Assembly: GCA_040954595.2 (NCBI GenBank) | Contig: JBECUI020000038.1 | Coordinates: 1-64,000 of the forward strand | DNA: 64,000 bases | From: Balanoglossus misakiensis | Lineage: Eukaryota; Animalia; Hemichordata | Direction of reading: 5' to 3' | Translations under genes and position numbers: made by a program | In this document: positions 12,871 to 24,993 of the stretch, piece by piece | Position numbering within the stretch: the first letter of the stretch is position 1 | Layout of the letters: each line of letters opens with the position of its first letter | The notes under the pieces: generated by a model | The model's input: only the letters and a program-made list of their open reading frames with translations | What the model was told of the DNA's origin: nothing | Database searches by the model: none

Positions 12871-15800
12871 ACTGCAAAATCTCAAAATTTGGTCGATTTT
12901 TGAAAAAAATCATGGTGAAAATCATCAAAAAATGACAAATTTTTGATTTTGCAAAATCTCAAAATTTCGTCGATTTTGAAAAAAATTATGGGTTCGTCGA
13001 TTTTTGAAAAAAAACATGGGTGAATTTTCGACTTTGCAAAATCTCAAAATTTCATCGATTTTGAAAAAAATCATGGGTTCGTTGATTTTTTAAAAAAACA
13101 TGGGTGAATTTTCGACTTTGCAAAATCTCAAAATTTCGTCGATTTGGAAAAAAAAATCATGGGTTCGTTGATTTTTAAAAAAAAACATGGGTGAAAATCA
13201 TCAAAAAATGAAAAATTTTCGACTTTGCAAAACCTCAAAATTTCGTCGATTTTGAAAAAAATCATGGGTTCGTCGATTTTTGTAAAAAAATCATGGGTGA
13301 AAATCATCAAAAAATGACAAATTTTCGATTTTCCAAATCTCAAAAGTTCGCCGATTTTGAAAAAAAATCATGGGTTCGTCGATTGTTTAAAAAAAACATG
13401 GGTGAAAATCAACAAAATGACAAATTTTCGACTGCAAAATCTCAAAATTTCGTCGATTTTTGAAAAAAAAATCATTGGCTGTAGCTCATGAAAATCATCA
13501 ACAAATGTCAAATTTTCAACTTTGCGAAATCTCAAAATATCGTCGATTTTTGAAAAAAAACCATGGGTTCGTCGATTTTTGAAAAAAAACATGGGTGAAA
13601 ATCATCAAAAAATGACAAATTTTCGACTTTGCAAAATGTCAAAATTTCGTCGATTTTGAAAAAAATTATGGGTTCGTCGATTTTTGAAAAAAATCATGGG
13701 TGAAAATCTTCAAAAAATGACAAATTTTCGACTGCAAAATCTCAAAATTTCGTCGATTTTCGAAAAAAAATCATGGGTGAAAATCATCAAAAAAATGACA
13801 AATTTTTGATTTTGCAAAATCTCAAAATTTCGTCGATTTTGAAAAAAAATCACGGGTTCGTCGATTTTTTAAAAAAACATGAGTGAAAACCATCAAAAAA
13901 TGACAAATTTAAGACTGCAAAATCTTAAAATTTCGTCGACTTTTGAAAAAAAGCATGGGTTCGTTGATTTTTTAAAAAAACATGGGTGAAAATCATCAAA
14001 AATTTACAAATTTTCGACTGCAAAATCTCAAAATTTCGTCGATTTTTGAAAAAAAAATCATGGGTGAAAATCCTCAAAAAAACGACAAATTTTTGATTTT
14101 GCAAAATTTCAAAATTTCGTCGATTTTGAAAAAAAATCATGGGTTCGTTGATTTTTTTAAAAAACATGGGTGAAAATCATCAAAAAATGAAAAATTTTCG
14201 ACTTTGCAAAATCTCAAAATTTCGTCGATTTTGAAAAAAATTATGGGTTCGTCGATTTTTGAAAAAAAATCATGGGTGAAAATCATCAAAAAATGACAAA
14301 TTTTCGATTTTGCAAAATCTCAAAAGTTCGTCGATTTTGAAAAAAAATCATGGGTTCGTCGATTGTTTAAAAAAAACATGGGTGAAAATCAACAAAATGA
14401 CAAATTTTCGACTGCAAAATCTCAAAATTTCGTCGATTTTTGAAAAAAAAATCATAGGCTATAGCTCATGAAAATCATCAACAAATGTCAAATTTTCAAC
14501 TTTGCGAAATCTCAAAATATCGTCGATTTTTGAAAAAAAAAACATGGGTGAAAATCATCAAAAAATGACAAATTTTCGACTTTGCAAAATCTCAAAATTT
14601 CGTCGATTTTGAAAAAAAATATGGGTTCGTCGATTTTTGAAAAAATCATGGGTGAAAATCATCAAAAAATGACAAATTTTCGACTGCAAATCTCAAAATT
14701 TCGTCGATTTTTGAAAAAAAATCATGGGTGAAAATCATCAAAAAAATGACAAATTTTTGATTTTGCAAAATCTCAAAATTTCGTCGATTTTGAAAAAAAT
14801 CACGGGTTCGTCGATTTTTTAAAAAAACATGGGTGAAAACCATCAAAAAATGACAAATTTTCGACTGCAAAATCTCAAAATTTCGTCGATTTTTGAAAAA
14901 AAACATGCGTTCGTCGATTTCTGAAAAAAAAAACATGGGTGAAAATCATCAAAAAATGACAAATTTTTGATTTTGCAAAATCTCAAAATTTCGTCGATTT
15001 TGAAAAAAAATCACGGGTTCGTCGATTTTTTAAAAAAACATGGGTGAAAACCATCAAAAAATGACAAATTTAAGACTGCAAAATCTCAAAATTTCGTCGA
15101 CTTTTGAAAAAAAACATGGGTTCGTCGATTTTTGAAAAAAAAACATGGGTGAAAATCATCAAAAAATGAAACATTTTAGACTGCAAAATCTCAAAATTTC
15201 GTCGATTTTGAAAAAAATTATGGGTTCGTCGATTTTTAAAAAAAAATCATGGGTGAAAATCATAAAAAAATGACAAATTTTCGAGTTTGCAAAATCTCAA
15301 AATTTCGTAGATTTTTGAAAAAAATCATGGGTGAAAATCATCAAAAAATGAAAAATTTTCGACTTTGCATAATCTCAAAATTTCGTCGATTTTGAAAAAA
15401 ATCATTGGTTCGTCGATTTTTGAAAAAAAAAACATCGGTGAAAATCACCAAAAAAAAATAGGTATTTGACTCAGAGTAAACAAGATTGTGTAATTGATAC
15501 ATGTCAGAACGAGATAGAGATATCACGCGCTAAGTTCATGTTTAAGAAATATTAAGATGACGTGTTCCTTTTATGACATAATACTTGACTAACGTATTAA
15601 TAAGAGGTGGTGAAATTTGATATCACATTATTATCACCGGAGATCCGTGACGGGAGTCAACGAGCATGGATAGAGTCGTGTAATTCTTACGTGTGACCAG
15701 TAATAAACCACAACTATTTGTGTTACTCGGAAAACTTGTTGAAAGTCTCGTTATGCCTCTCGTTAAGTTTACGATATGCCGGGTACCTCTCTCTGACTCT

Positions 15801-16442
15801 ATGAATATGTTGGGTGGAGAAGGAGAGGGAGAGAATTTACACTCTCACCCTTCGGACGTGGCTGATTCCCCAAAGAAGCCCCGATGAGGTAAACGTCCGA
15901 AGGATGGCGGGCGTAACAAAACTACAGTGTTCGCAACATGACCTCAGGTCCGCCGCAGGTTTTGCATGTTACAGCAGAAAACGTCTCCGTCAGACCACTA
16001 AAAGTAATACCTTTAGGACATAAATTATTTATCTTGAAAGATATTGCTGTATGCAAATTTCATCTCCGGATTGCTATCGGCGAAACATACCGAGGCTGTC
16101 GTCGCTATAGTTGGGACCGACAGTCGAGACCCACATTGTATTGTAAGGAAAGTTTTAGACGCAACTTAATCAAAGCAGGTATAGTTAGCAGAGCAGATTA
16201 AGTTAGCAGAGGAGTGTCGGTATCGTCCACCGTAAACAGGTGTATTCCTATCGGATTTCAAGCGACAGTCAATTCCACTGGTCATCGATGTTTTTCTCCA
16301 AGGTGTTTGAAATACGTCTGTTCGATAGAGTCGTTGTTCCAAAATATGCACGGATGCACGGAATGCGACCACATCTGGTTGTTGACAACAAACTAAGGTA
16401 GATTATGACTATAATCCCAACTGTCTCCTGTGTGACACACTC

Positions 16443-18410
16443 CTGTTGTGATTATTGCTGGAATAGGCAATGTTTTAATCTGCCTGCAAAGACTCGTGTG
16501 ACAAAGATTGTCGGCCAGTCAACATCACCAACGATATTAACAATATAAAATAAATAAAATTTCAACGATTCAACTTCTTTTCTAGCTTCCTATCTGGATA
16601 GTTTGTTTTTTTTACTCTAAAGATCGCCTTTCTTCCAGGCCACGTGGCAAGAGACGTTATCAACTTCTACTATGATCGATGCGAGAGTACTATAGTATTC
16701 TCATATACACAGACAAAGGCCACCAAAATAAGAGAATCATTTGGTCAAATGGTAGAGGGCGCAAAAACAGATATTTCAAATGACAAAATTTTCCGATAAA
16801 CGTGTTTAATCAAATCAAACTGTGCTCAATGGTATGCTTGCAAAAATTGAATACAAATGAAACAAAACACAGCAACTGCCATGAACAAGAAGTTTATTCA
16901 TGTCAAAATTCAATTTTTTTGAATCATTGATTTCAATTATCAGCTGAAAACTAAAATTAGATTGTCATCTTGAACAGTATAAAATCAGCGAGCCATTAGA
17001 CATTAAGTACCCAGCATACTAAAATAAAACCATGTAAACATGCACAATTAGATAATCAAATAATTTTTATTTATTCACCATGATGTTTTTAATGTATGTC
17101 AAGTCAAAGTACTTGAAGTTATGGACGATCAATTAAAATAGAAAACTGTAATTTTAATGGCTGGGTAATGTATCCAATTTCTGCCCAATATATGAAATTT
17201 CCGAGTTAGCAACTGAAGAATTCGTGGGGAAAATAGTTACGTGATGTGTAACAGAATTCACTTGGAAGTAAGGAGTTTTTGTAAAATCAACATGCATATT
17301 ACAATTTATTTGTAAAAACTTGATTGGCAATGGAAAATTGGCGTTTAAATATATAGTACTTCAAGATGAACAGATAAAATATAAGTTATTACAGATGTCA
17401 TTTTACGACAACAAGGAATGGTAAATCGTTCTTTAATATCTTTAAAGATGCCAGGTCAAAGGTCACCTTTGCAAATTCAACCACTGGTACCATAGCCATT
17501 TCAAATGTAGCCAAAAGTGCGCCACCACTTTCTTCAAACATACTGAAACCATCTACAGGTTACCGTAGTCATATATCTCTTGGCATCCATGGCAGTTTAG
17601 CTAGTCATGAGCTGGCAAGGGGTGACCTGTAAGCTTTAAACTCTGGCTTCGGTAATGTCGACTCTGGCTCTGGCATATACTTGCAGGTCCATATGACCTT
17701 GGGGTGAACATGGTCATGAAGAAATAAATAGAATCTGTTTGGTGCATTGTCAACTTCATTTTATAGTTTCAAAAAATTACAATATGATGAGTAATATTGT
17801 TGTTGTTTTCAAAGAGACTCACCACACACTTTAGTAAATCAATGACTTGAAAAAGTTTTGAGGACTATCATTTGTCAGAATCTCGGACCGCGAGGCACAT
17901 ACTACCTTAAATAGTTTCACTCGCAGCTTCTTGTGGGCAGTTTCTCCTTGCGTACCTGTACAGACACACCAGGAGGCCGTTCCCGATGAACAACTCAACC
18001 CACATGAAAACATTCAAGCGTCTGGTCACACCCATTTCCGTCAAACAAGAACATGAATGAAACTGCGGAGGAAGAGAACGGGAGAGTGCCCATTAACCCT
18101 GTAATGACCAATCATTTACTGGAACAAGGTTCAGGATGTACGATCACTGGAGTTGAAAATAAGGTCATGGATTTGAAAATTATTTTGAGTTATGAAATTG
18201 AAAATACATATTTTTCATTGTGGATTCTCCGACATAAATATTATCAAAAACAATAAGGGTTGTCTTTTTAATTTATGACATATAACGCCATGAATCTAGC
18301 CCATTAATACAAAGGCAATACTAAAACACATTTCGGGTTAGCGTTATGACAACTTGAAGAAAATATGAATACAAACTTTCTAAAGTAATATTTTAAAGGT
18401 TGGCGTATTG
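16443..18410 (+). repeat. ~1.97-kb segment, direct repeat of 34041-36009
   Basis: Colinear, high identity by eye with scattered substitutions, from CTGTTGTGATTATTGCTGG to GGTTGGCGTATTG. Confidence 0.93.
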
Positions 18411-18525
18411 ATTACAGCTTGTTTGTTCTGCTATTAATGGAAATTCGGTTAGAGCCGTTTGAGGCAACTCTTATTCTGTCAAAGTTATGGCGTTAACTTA
18501 TTCTGATAAAGTTATGTTAACGCTA

Positions 18526-18633
18526 ATCTGATTAAAATCAGATGTAGGGAACGGCGACGTGTTTTTTATGCTGTCGCAGCATCAAAAAACTACGTCGCCA
18601 TTCCCTAGGCCTACATCTGATTTCAAACAGATT
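18526..18633. repeat. Short hairpin/MITE-like palindrome; related decayed copy at ~18895-18998
   Basis: AATCTGATTAAAATCAGATGTAGG...GGCGACGT / ACGTCGCC...CCTACATCTGATTTCAAACAGATT inverted arms. Confidence 0.6.
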
Positions 18634-18669
18634 GTGTTAACATCAGGAACACTTTACATACATAAACTA

Positions 18670-18876
18670 CTGTAAAACACTTTATTTTAGCGAGTTGAAA
18701 TTTTCACGATATCGAGAGAGGCTACTGTTTCGCGAGTATTAATTTTCGCGTTCTCTTATTTCATTCACTGCATCGTTATCTTCAAAAATAATTATGCGAC
18801 CTCTTATTTTCATACCATTTTGGCTCTCACGTATCTCGCGAAAATGTATTGCTCGCGAAAATAACTTGTTTCACAG
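18670..18876. mobile_element. TA-flanked MITE (Tc1/mariner-like signature)
   Basis: TA|CTGTAAAACA...TGTTTCACAG|TA with internal TCGCGA-type subrepeats. Confidence 0.6.
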
Positions 18877-19309
18877 TATATGCAAATATGCAGTAATCTG
18901 AATAAAATCAGATGTATGGTACGACGACGTCTTTTACTTATGTGGTACAGTATTATTAGTATGCTGTCGTCATACCAACTGCGATTTTAGTCAGATTGTA
19001 TGTACGTCAACACTGATTGTTGTGGCTGCCTTAAATAGGTTTTCACTTTGCGCTACCTCTATACGTAACGCGTTCACTCAGTAGACCAAAGTACACGGAT
19101 GTCCAGCAGACAAGAGTTCCTGTTTATACCATGAGGCTAGAAGACTGTATTGTGTTATTATACAGTGGTGCAGTCTAGATTTTAGTGAGGGATTGAAGCG
19201 AATCCAATTGCTTGCTTGAAACTCGCCCATCGTGATTGTGCATTGATAAAATACAATAATCATACCACAGAAACATAAATTCCAGCTGCGCCTATCAGCG
19301 AGATTGTCA

Positions 19310-20237
19310 TAGCCTGGAGACCAGGGCGTCGGGGAAAAGAAACGCCCGGGGACAGTCTCTATTTACGAACAGAATTCTGTTCGTAGAACGACACGTGTGG
19401 TAAATCTTGCGTGTAAGCTAATTGGTCACTCAATGTTAACCACATGACATCGTCGCCTTCTAAATAAGGAAATAGAGGTGGAGTCATGTGTGAAATTCCC
19501 GCGATGGGATGTGGGAGTGGTTTTGAAAGTGTATGAATATTCATAACCAAGCTTTGTTAAAGGCACGTAAGGTGTAACTTTTGGGATAATTTTCATAATT
19601 TTTGTTTCAAACTGCACTACCATTAGTCCATGCAGATGGAGGTAGTGAACAATACACAAGCATTATAAACCCTAAGTATGAGTGCATATGCAAGTTTTAA
19701 CCAGATAAATAATAAAGCTTTGCCGCAAGCGATTATGGCCGCCACCGTGGGAAAATGCAAGAAACAATGAAAATGTTGCATTTCCGGTTGTGAAACTTCA
19801 TAAACAAAACATGATCTCATCCACTTGAGCTCATGGAAGTAAATGTACACCACTGAGACATCAGATTTTCATTTTTCATTGCAATATTGCGCTTTTTTTA
19901 AAATTGCAGGAATTTTCGTTTTTCTTTAATTTTTGGCCATTTTGTCATAAATAAGTGTTGAGCTTGATATATTATCATGAAATAGCATTTAATAGACATA
20001 ATTAAAAGCATATATGAGATTATTTAAAACTTTAATTTTTTATCCAGTTACAGCTTACGTGCCTTTAATTATATCATCCAACCACTGGCGCCCGTCAACA
20101 TTTGATAGATCACTCGTTATCCATTTGTTACTAAGCGACCTCGATCGTTGCCAAGACTACTATCTTTCAGCTCAGCAGGACTTGCTCGACTGTCCCCGAG
20201 CGTTGTATTTTAGATCGACGCCCTGGTCTCCCGGCTA
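19310..20237. mobile_element. Non-autonomous DNA transposon with 9-bp TSD, TAGCC termini (AcademH-like)
   Basis: TSD AGATTGTCA at 19301-19309 and 20238-20246; ~50-bp imperfect TIRs TAGCC(T/G)GGAGACCAGGGCGTCG...CGGGGACAGTC; no coding capacity. Superfamily is inferred. Confidence 0.8.
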
Positions 20238-21778
20238 AGATTGTCAATATATACGCCGCATGTTGCCAGCCAGGGCCCCGACTGACATTCCCTCTGAATA
20301 TACACACCCCTCTATTGAAAATGGAACATTCCTGCAAGCAAAGCATGTTGTACTTGCTTACATCAGCTGTAGTGACTTGTGTAGACCCCCAGTGCGCGGC
20401 CTCTACTGTCTGTATATGGTCTGTCACAGTCCCCGGGAGTAACTGTCATGACAGAAATCGGTTTGTCAACGGCAAAACGGAGATAAGGTGTTTTTTCCGA
20501 ATATAGAATATTCAATTCTGTTTGATTCGGTCATGCCCAAAGTGTGCGTAGCTGTCGTCCTCTGACAACGCTCGCTCATATTTCATGCGGAGAACTTAAG
20601 TAGGTTCAAGCCAAGTTTTAATAGTTGGGCTAAGGTCTTCCCTGATAAGTGTTGAAATGTTTGGGGTGTTACTGTCCGGGCTGTAACGACTTGGGTCGTG
20701 GAAAATGGGGGCTGAAACGACTGGGGCCGAAAGGGTCAGAGTGCCGGAACGACCTGTTTAAACATGTCGTTCCAGCACTATGACCCTAAAGTGTTACCTA
20801 AGATAGTGTCCAGCGTCTAGCCGTTATTGAAATTATAGACCCTGCAGCGAGACTGAGCATGATTTGTTGTTGTCATGAAACTCATCTCGTACTCCAGTCA
20901 CTTTCATACAAAACGGCTATGAGTGTCCAATGGTCTTTGTTGAGACTGTTTGACATTGAATGGCATTGACCTCGCGGGAGGATATCCTTCATGAATACAA
21001 TGCAGGATATAATTTACATTGGCTAAGGGCTTTGAGGTGCACCAAATTAGTAATTTAGACACACCTTAATTATTACATGCCACCCCAAACTTTTTTAAAG
21101 CAAGAAACAAAATTGCAGTGCTTTTCCAATGACGCTTTTTAAAATGTAGAATCAGATTGTTTTCTTGTCGCTCAGGTGTCCAAAATAAATATAGCTGTGA
21201 TCAATTCCTACTTAAAGCAAACAAAAGTAAATTGAGTTGAATGGGCACGTCCGGCCCATATTTGACCCATTTCACATTTTTTCTTTCTTAGGCTGCATTC
21301 ACAAACACCTCTGGAGGGGGGGGGGGGAATTCATCTTTTACCGCTAATTTTCACATGCCCCCCCCCCCTTTCACAACCCGAAATATTTTGAAATCCCCCT
21401 TCCGAACTGCCAAAATTTTGAAATCCCCCCATTTTCTTTCACAGAGCAAAACTCATAACTCTGCTCAAGCGCTCCCATGAAAAGAATTTGAAACTGATGT
21501 TTCCCCTCATCAGTGGGTATTAAAACTGAACATTGTTTTTATTTTTTAAGTATTTTGTATGATTATAATTAAAAAATATACAACTTAGCTAAAATGCTTA
21601 GATGAGTTAATCAGATTTTCAAAGTCCACCTAAAAGATCATTTAATCTTTCCAGGGTGCGGTTTATGTTGGAGATAGTATCAGTTAGGCTATTTCTCAGA
21701 AAATCAATGAACGATCTGCGGACACCCCGAATAATATGTTACCACAACGCTAGCCAGGAAGCACATGGGACATTTCAC

Positions 21779-21984
21779 AATGAGGCAGTGAACACTGGGG
21801 GGACCAGACTGACACGTTAACCAATCAGGGAGCTGTATGGTGAATAAATACATATTAATAAGACCTAACCTACAAGGTCCTGCATAATGAGGCAGTGAAC
21901 ACTGGAGGACCAGACCTACACATTAACCAATCAGGGAGCTGTAAAGTGAATAATGCATTGTAATAAGACCTAACCTACAAGGTC
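21779..21984. repeat. Two ~107-bp tandem copies with CCAAT motifs, LTR/U3-like
   Basis: AATGAGGCAGTGAACACTGG...AACCAATCAGGGAGCTGTA...TAAGACCTAACCTACAAGGTC twice, next to the truncated RT. Confidence 0.6.
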
Positions 21985-22129
21985 TGGTGAATAATACATA
22001 GTAATATGACCTAACACATAAGGTCCCTCCAATCAGCGAGCCGCAAGTGGACCTTAGAGAAGTGGATAAACCAATCAGAACATGTAATACGTGTGCATAG
22101 GACCTGTAATGTAGGTCATTTTGAAACAG

Positions 22130-24144
22130 GACTAGTTCACCATGACCAACCACATGACCCAGGAAATCGATCTGCTCATAACCCACATAACACTTAGTTG
22201 GTCTCGCTGTTAACTTTGCCTTTCGTAGTCTGCTCATCAAATCTGTAATTGTCTTGATATGTTCTTCCCATGATGCAGTGTGGATCAGTATGTGATCGAT
22301 ATAGTTGTCTACGTTCTTCATATCTCTTAACAATCTTCTCATAATTCTGCTAAAAGTCGCAGCACTATTTACAAGTCCGAAAGGCATTTTGATAAATTGG
22401 TATAGCCCATCATGCGTGATAAATGCCGTCAATTGTTTAGAATTATCAGTCAACGGGACTTGCCAATATTCTTTGCTGAGATCTACTTTAGTGAAATAGT
22501 GATCCTTGGATAACTTAGCAAAAAGCAAAAAGCTCACTCAGGTCTGGTGTAGGCTCTGCATCAAACACTGTTATGCGATTGAGCTTTCTCATGTCAACAC
22601 AACAACGATTGGACCCATCAGATTTCTTCACCATTACCAGTGGAACAGCATATGGACTCTCTGAAGGTTCAGCTACTCCCATCTTAATCATCGTTTTGAC
22701 TTCATCTTTCACTGCTTCACGGAGTGCATGAGGGATGGGGTATGGCCTACTGCATACTGGTGTTGGATCCATCAACTTGATGTCATGGAAACCCAGGTTG
22801 GTGTTACCACGAATATCAGTTAACATATCTTTGTAATTGATCAGCAACCTCCTCACCACTTGCTTCTGTATGTCTGACAAGTTGTCACATACATTCACAT
22901 CTGCAGCAAATTCTTTCTGCTTGAATGCAGGAACCCGCAGTAAGTCATCGTTTACTTTAACCCCTGTGTTCTCTTGTACTTCTGAAGATTCATAACTCTG
23001 CTCATCTATCACAGATACACACACAATCTCAAGAAGTCCAGCTGATACTTCATCTAGCTGATCAGTTCTTCGATAGTACCTCTTCAACAGGTTGGCATGG
23101 AATGTTTTCACCCTATGACCAAAGTCAATCTTGTAATCCATATTGCTCGCTTTCTCCACCACTGGAAAAGGACCCTTCCAGTGCATAAGTAGTTTATTAT
23201 GGTCAGTAGGTAGTAGCAATAACACCTCGTCACCTTTGTTGAACTTCCTCCATTTGGCCTTTCTATTGTAGTAGGACTTGTATTTGCCTTGTGATATCTT
23301 CAGTTCTTGTCTTGCTAAATCGCATGCCTTCTTTAATTTCTTTTGAAGATCAAGGATGTATTGATAAGTCGTTTTGGTTTCTGGTTCACTGATCTCTCCA
23401 GTCCATAGTTCTTTCAAGATAGCCATTGGACCACGCACACTCCTCCCATAAAGTAACTCAAACGGAGAGAATCCTGTGCTCGATTGAGGCGTTTCTCTGT
23501 AGGCAAATAGTAAAGCATTCAGATAACGATCCCAATATGTTGGACGTTCCTCACACATCTTCCTGAGCATGAGTTTCAATGTACCATTGAACCGTTCCAC
23601 TAGACCATTGAATGCTGGGTGGTATGGGGTGGTAGTCATCTGCTTTATAGACAAAAGCCGGCTGACCTCACGCATCACATCTGATGTAAATTGAGTTCCT
23701 TGATCTGTCAGAATTTCACGTGGACACCCCACTCTTGAGTAGATGTCCAGGAGCGCCTCTGCAACAGTCTTGGTATCAATGTTAGTCAATGCAACAGCCT
23801 CCGGATAGCGTGTTGCATAATCAACAACAGTAAGTATGTACCTATTCTTGCGTTCAGTGCATGGATGAATAGGGCCAACCAGGTCTACTGCAATACGTAG
23901 GAAAGGGATATCTATTAGTGGCATACTTCCAAGTGGTACCTTGGTCACCCGTCCCTTTGGTTGTGTCCGTTGACATGAATCACAGGACTGACAGTAACGG
24001 GAAACATCTGATGTTAGCCCAGGCCAAACGAAGTTGCTGAGGATCTTGTCTGTGGTCTTGTGAGTTCCGTGGTGACCACCCAGCACTGATTCATGGGCTA
24101 GTCTCATCACCTGGTTACGATACACTCTGGGAACCACCACCTGT
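22130..24144 (-). pseudogene. Gypsy integrase (H2C2 + rve core) followed by reverse transcriptase; frameshifted, truncated before RNase H
   Basis: AHESVLGGHHG..CQSC, VDLVGP, TDQG, NGLVERFN, WKGPF; RT MPFGL; catalytic YIDD mutated to YIDH; frameshift at ~22520. Confidence 0.92.
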
Positions 24145-24993
24145 CACTACAGCTTGAACGACGCCACCTATGGGCAGTATTTCCGTGGCAGCCTATGAAG
24201 CTCATGAATATTTAATTAGACACAGTAATGGCGTTCGCGATCGAACACAGCTGTCGATGCACAGCATAATTCGGTGAGTAATATTGCTTTATTCCAAGTT
24301 TTGTTTAGTAAAATTAGCAAGATGTCAGAGACAATATGAAATAAAGTTGCGATTCTGCTGTGTTATTTATGTGTATCAGCCAAATAACTTGAACATTTTG
24401 ATCACCCGCTGACAGTCCCTGGCCGTTGCTATAGCAGAAGCCGTCCTAAGCAACCATAAACAAACACTAAAAATTACAACGATTCAGCTTCACAGAATTG
24501 TTTTTTTCAATTTGAAAACCATACGAATTTAGTCTTTTATACGTAAACATAGGATTCCATGTTTAAAATGCTGCTACAAGCAATATGACGAAATCATACC
24601 AAGCGAAAATATACGACCCTGTGTGTTCCTTGGCAGCAGCACGGGTTACATTGATTGTAATGGCGGCGCTTCGAATTTTCGGCGACATGGTGATATTGTT
24701 CATAGAATTGACAGAAAATAAGACCGTAACTGAAAAATCAGAAACCAATAGTTTGTGCTAAAATATATTCTTGATATAATTCGCTGGAAATTCGAGGGTG
24801 AAAACGAAATAAGAAAAAAATGAATGGGCGAGATTGTTATGGTAAGGTTACCCACATTCTTTCTATGTCACCTTTGACCTCAATTTCTGGAGGAAGTATA
24901 ATGAGCAGGTGTTTTGTTTTTGCTTCCCTCGGATAGATAATTATTGTAAAGATATTTCTCTTGTTCACCCTTTTCAGGTATAGATTTAGAGCC

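Larger units (their letters stand above)
8899..15460 (-). repeat. Same satellite in reverse-complement orientation (interrupted 9723-12870)
   Basis: Monomers read CATGGGTGAAAATCATCAAAAAATGACAAATTTTCGACT(TT)GCAAAATCTCAAAATTTCGTCGA; the array ends abruptly at ~15460. Confidence 0.97.

Noticed and set aside
49-15526. Dozens of K/F/I-rich ORFs
   Set aside because: Translations of satellite monomers; frames change with homopolymer length.
15690-16400. Possible host exons (also 33390-33610 and 37480-38060)
   Set aside because: GC-richer patches with some splice-like sites, but no consistent frame or recognisable protein.
21738-22125. 3' LTR of the Gmr1-like element
   Set aside because: Does not match the LTR sequence starting at 31730; origin unresolved.
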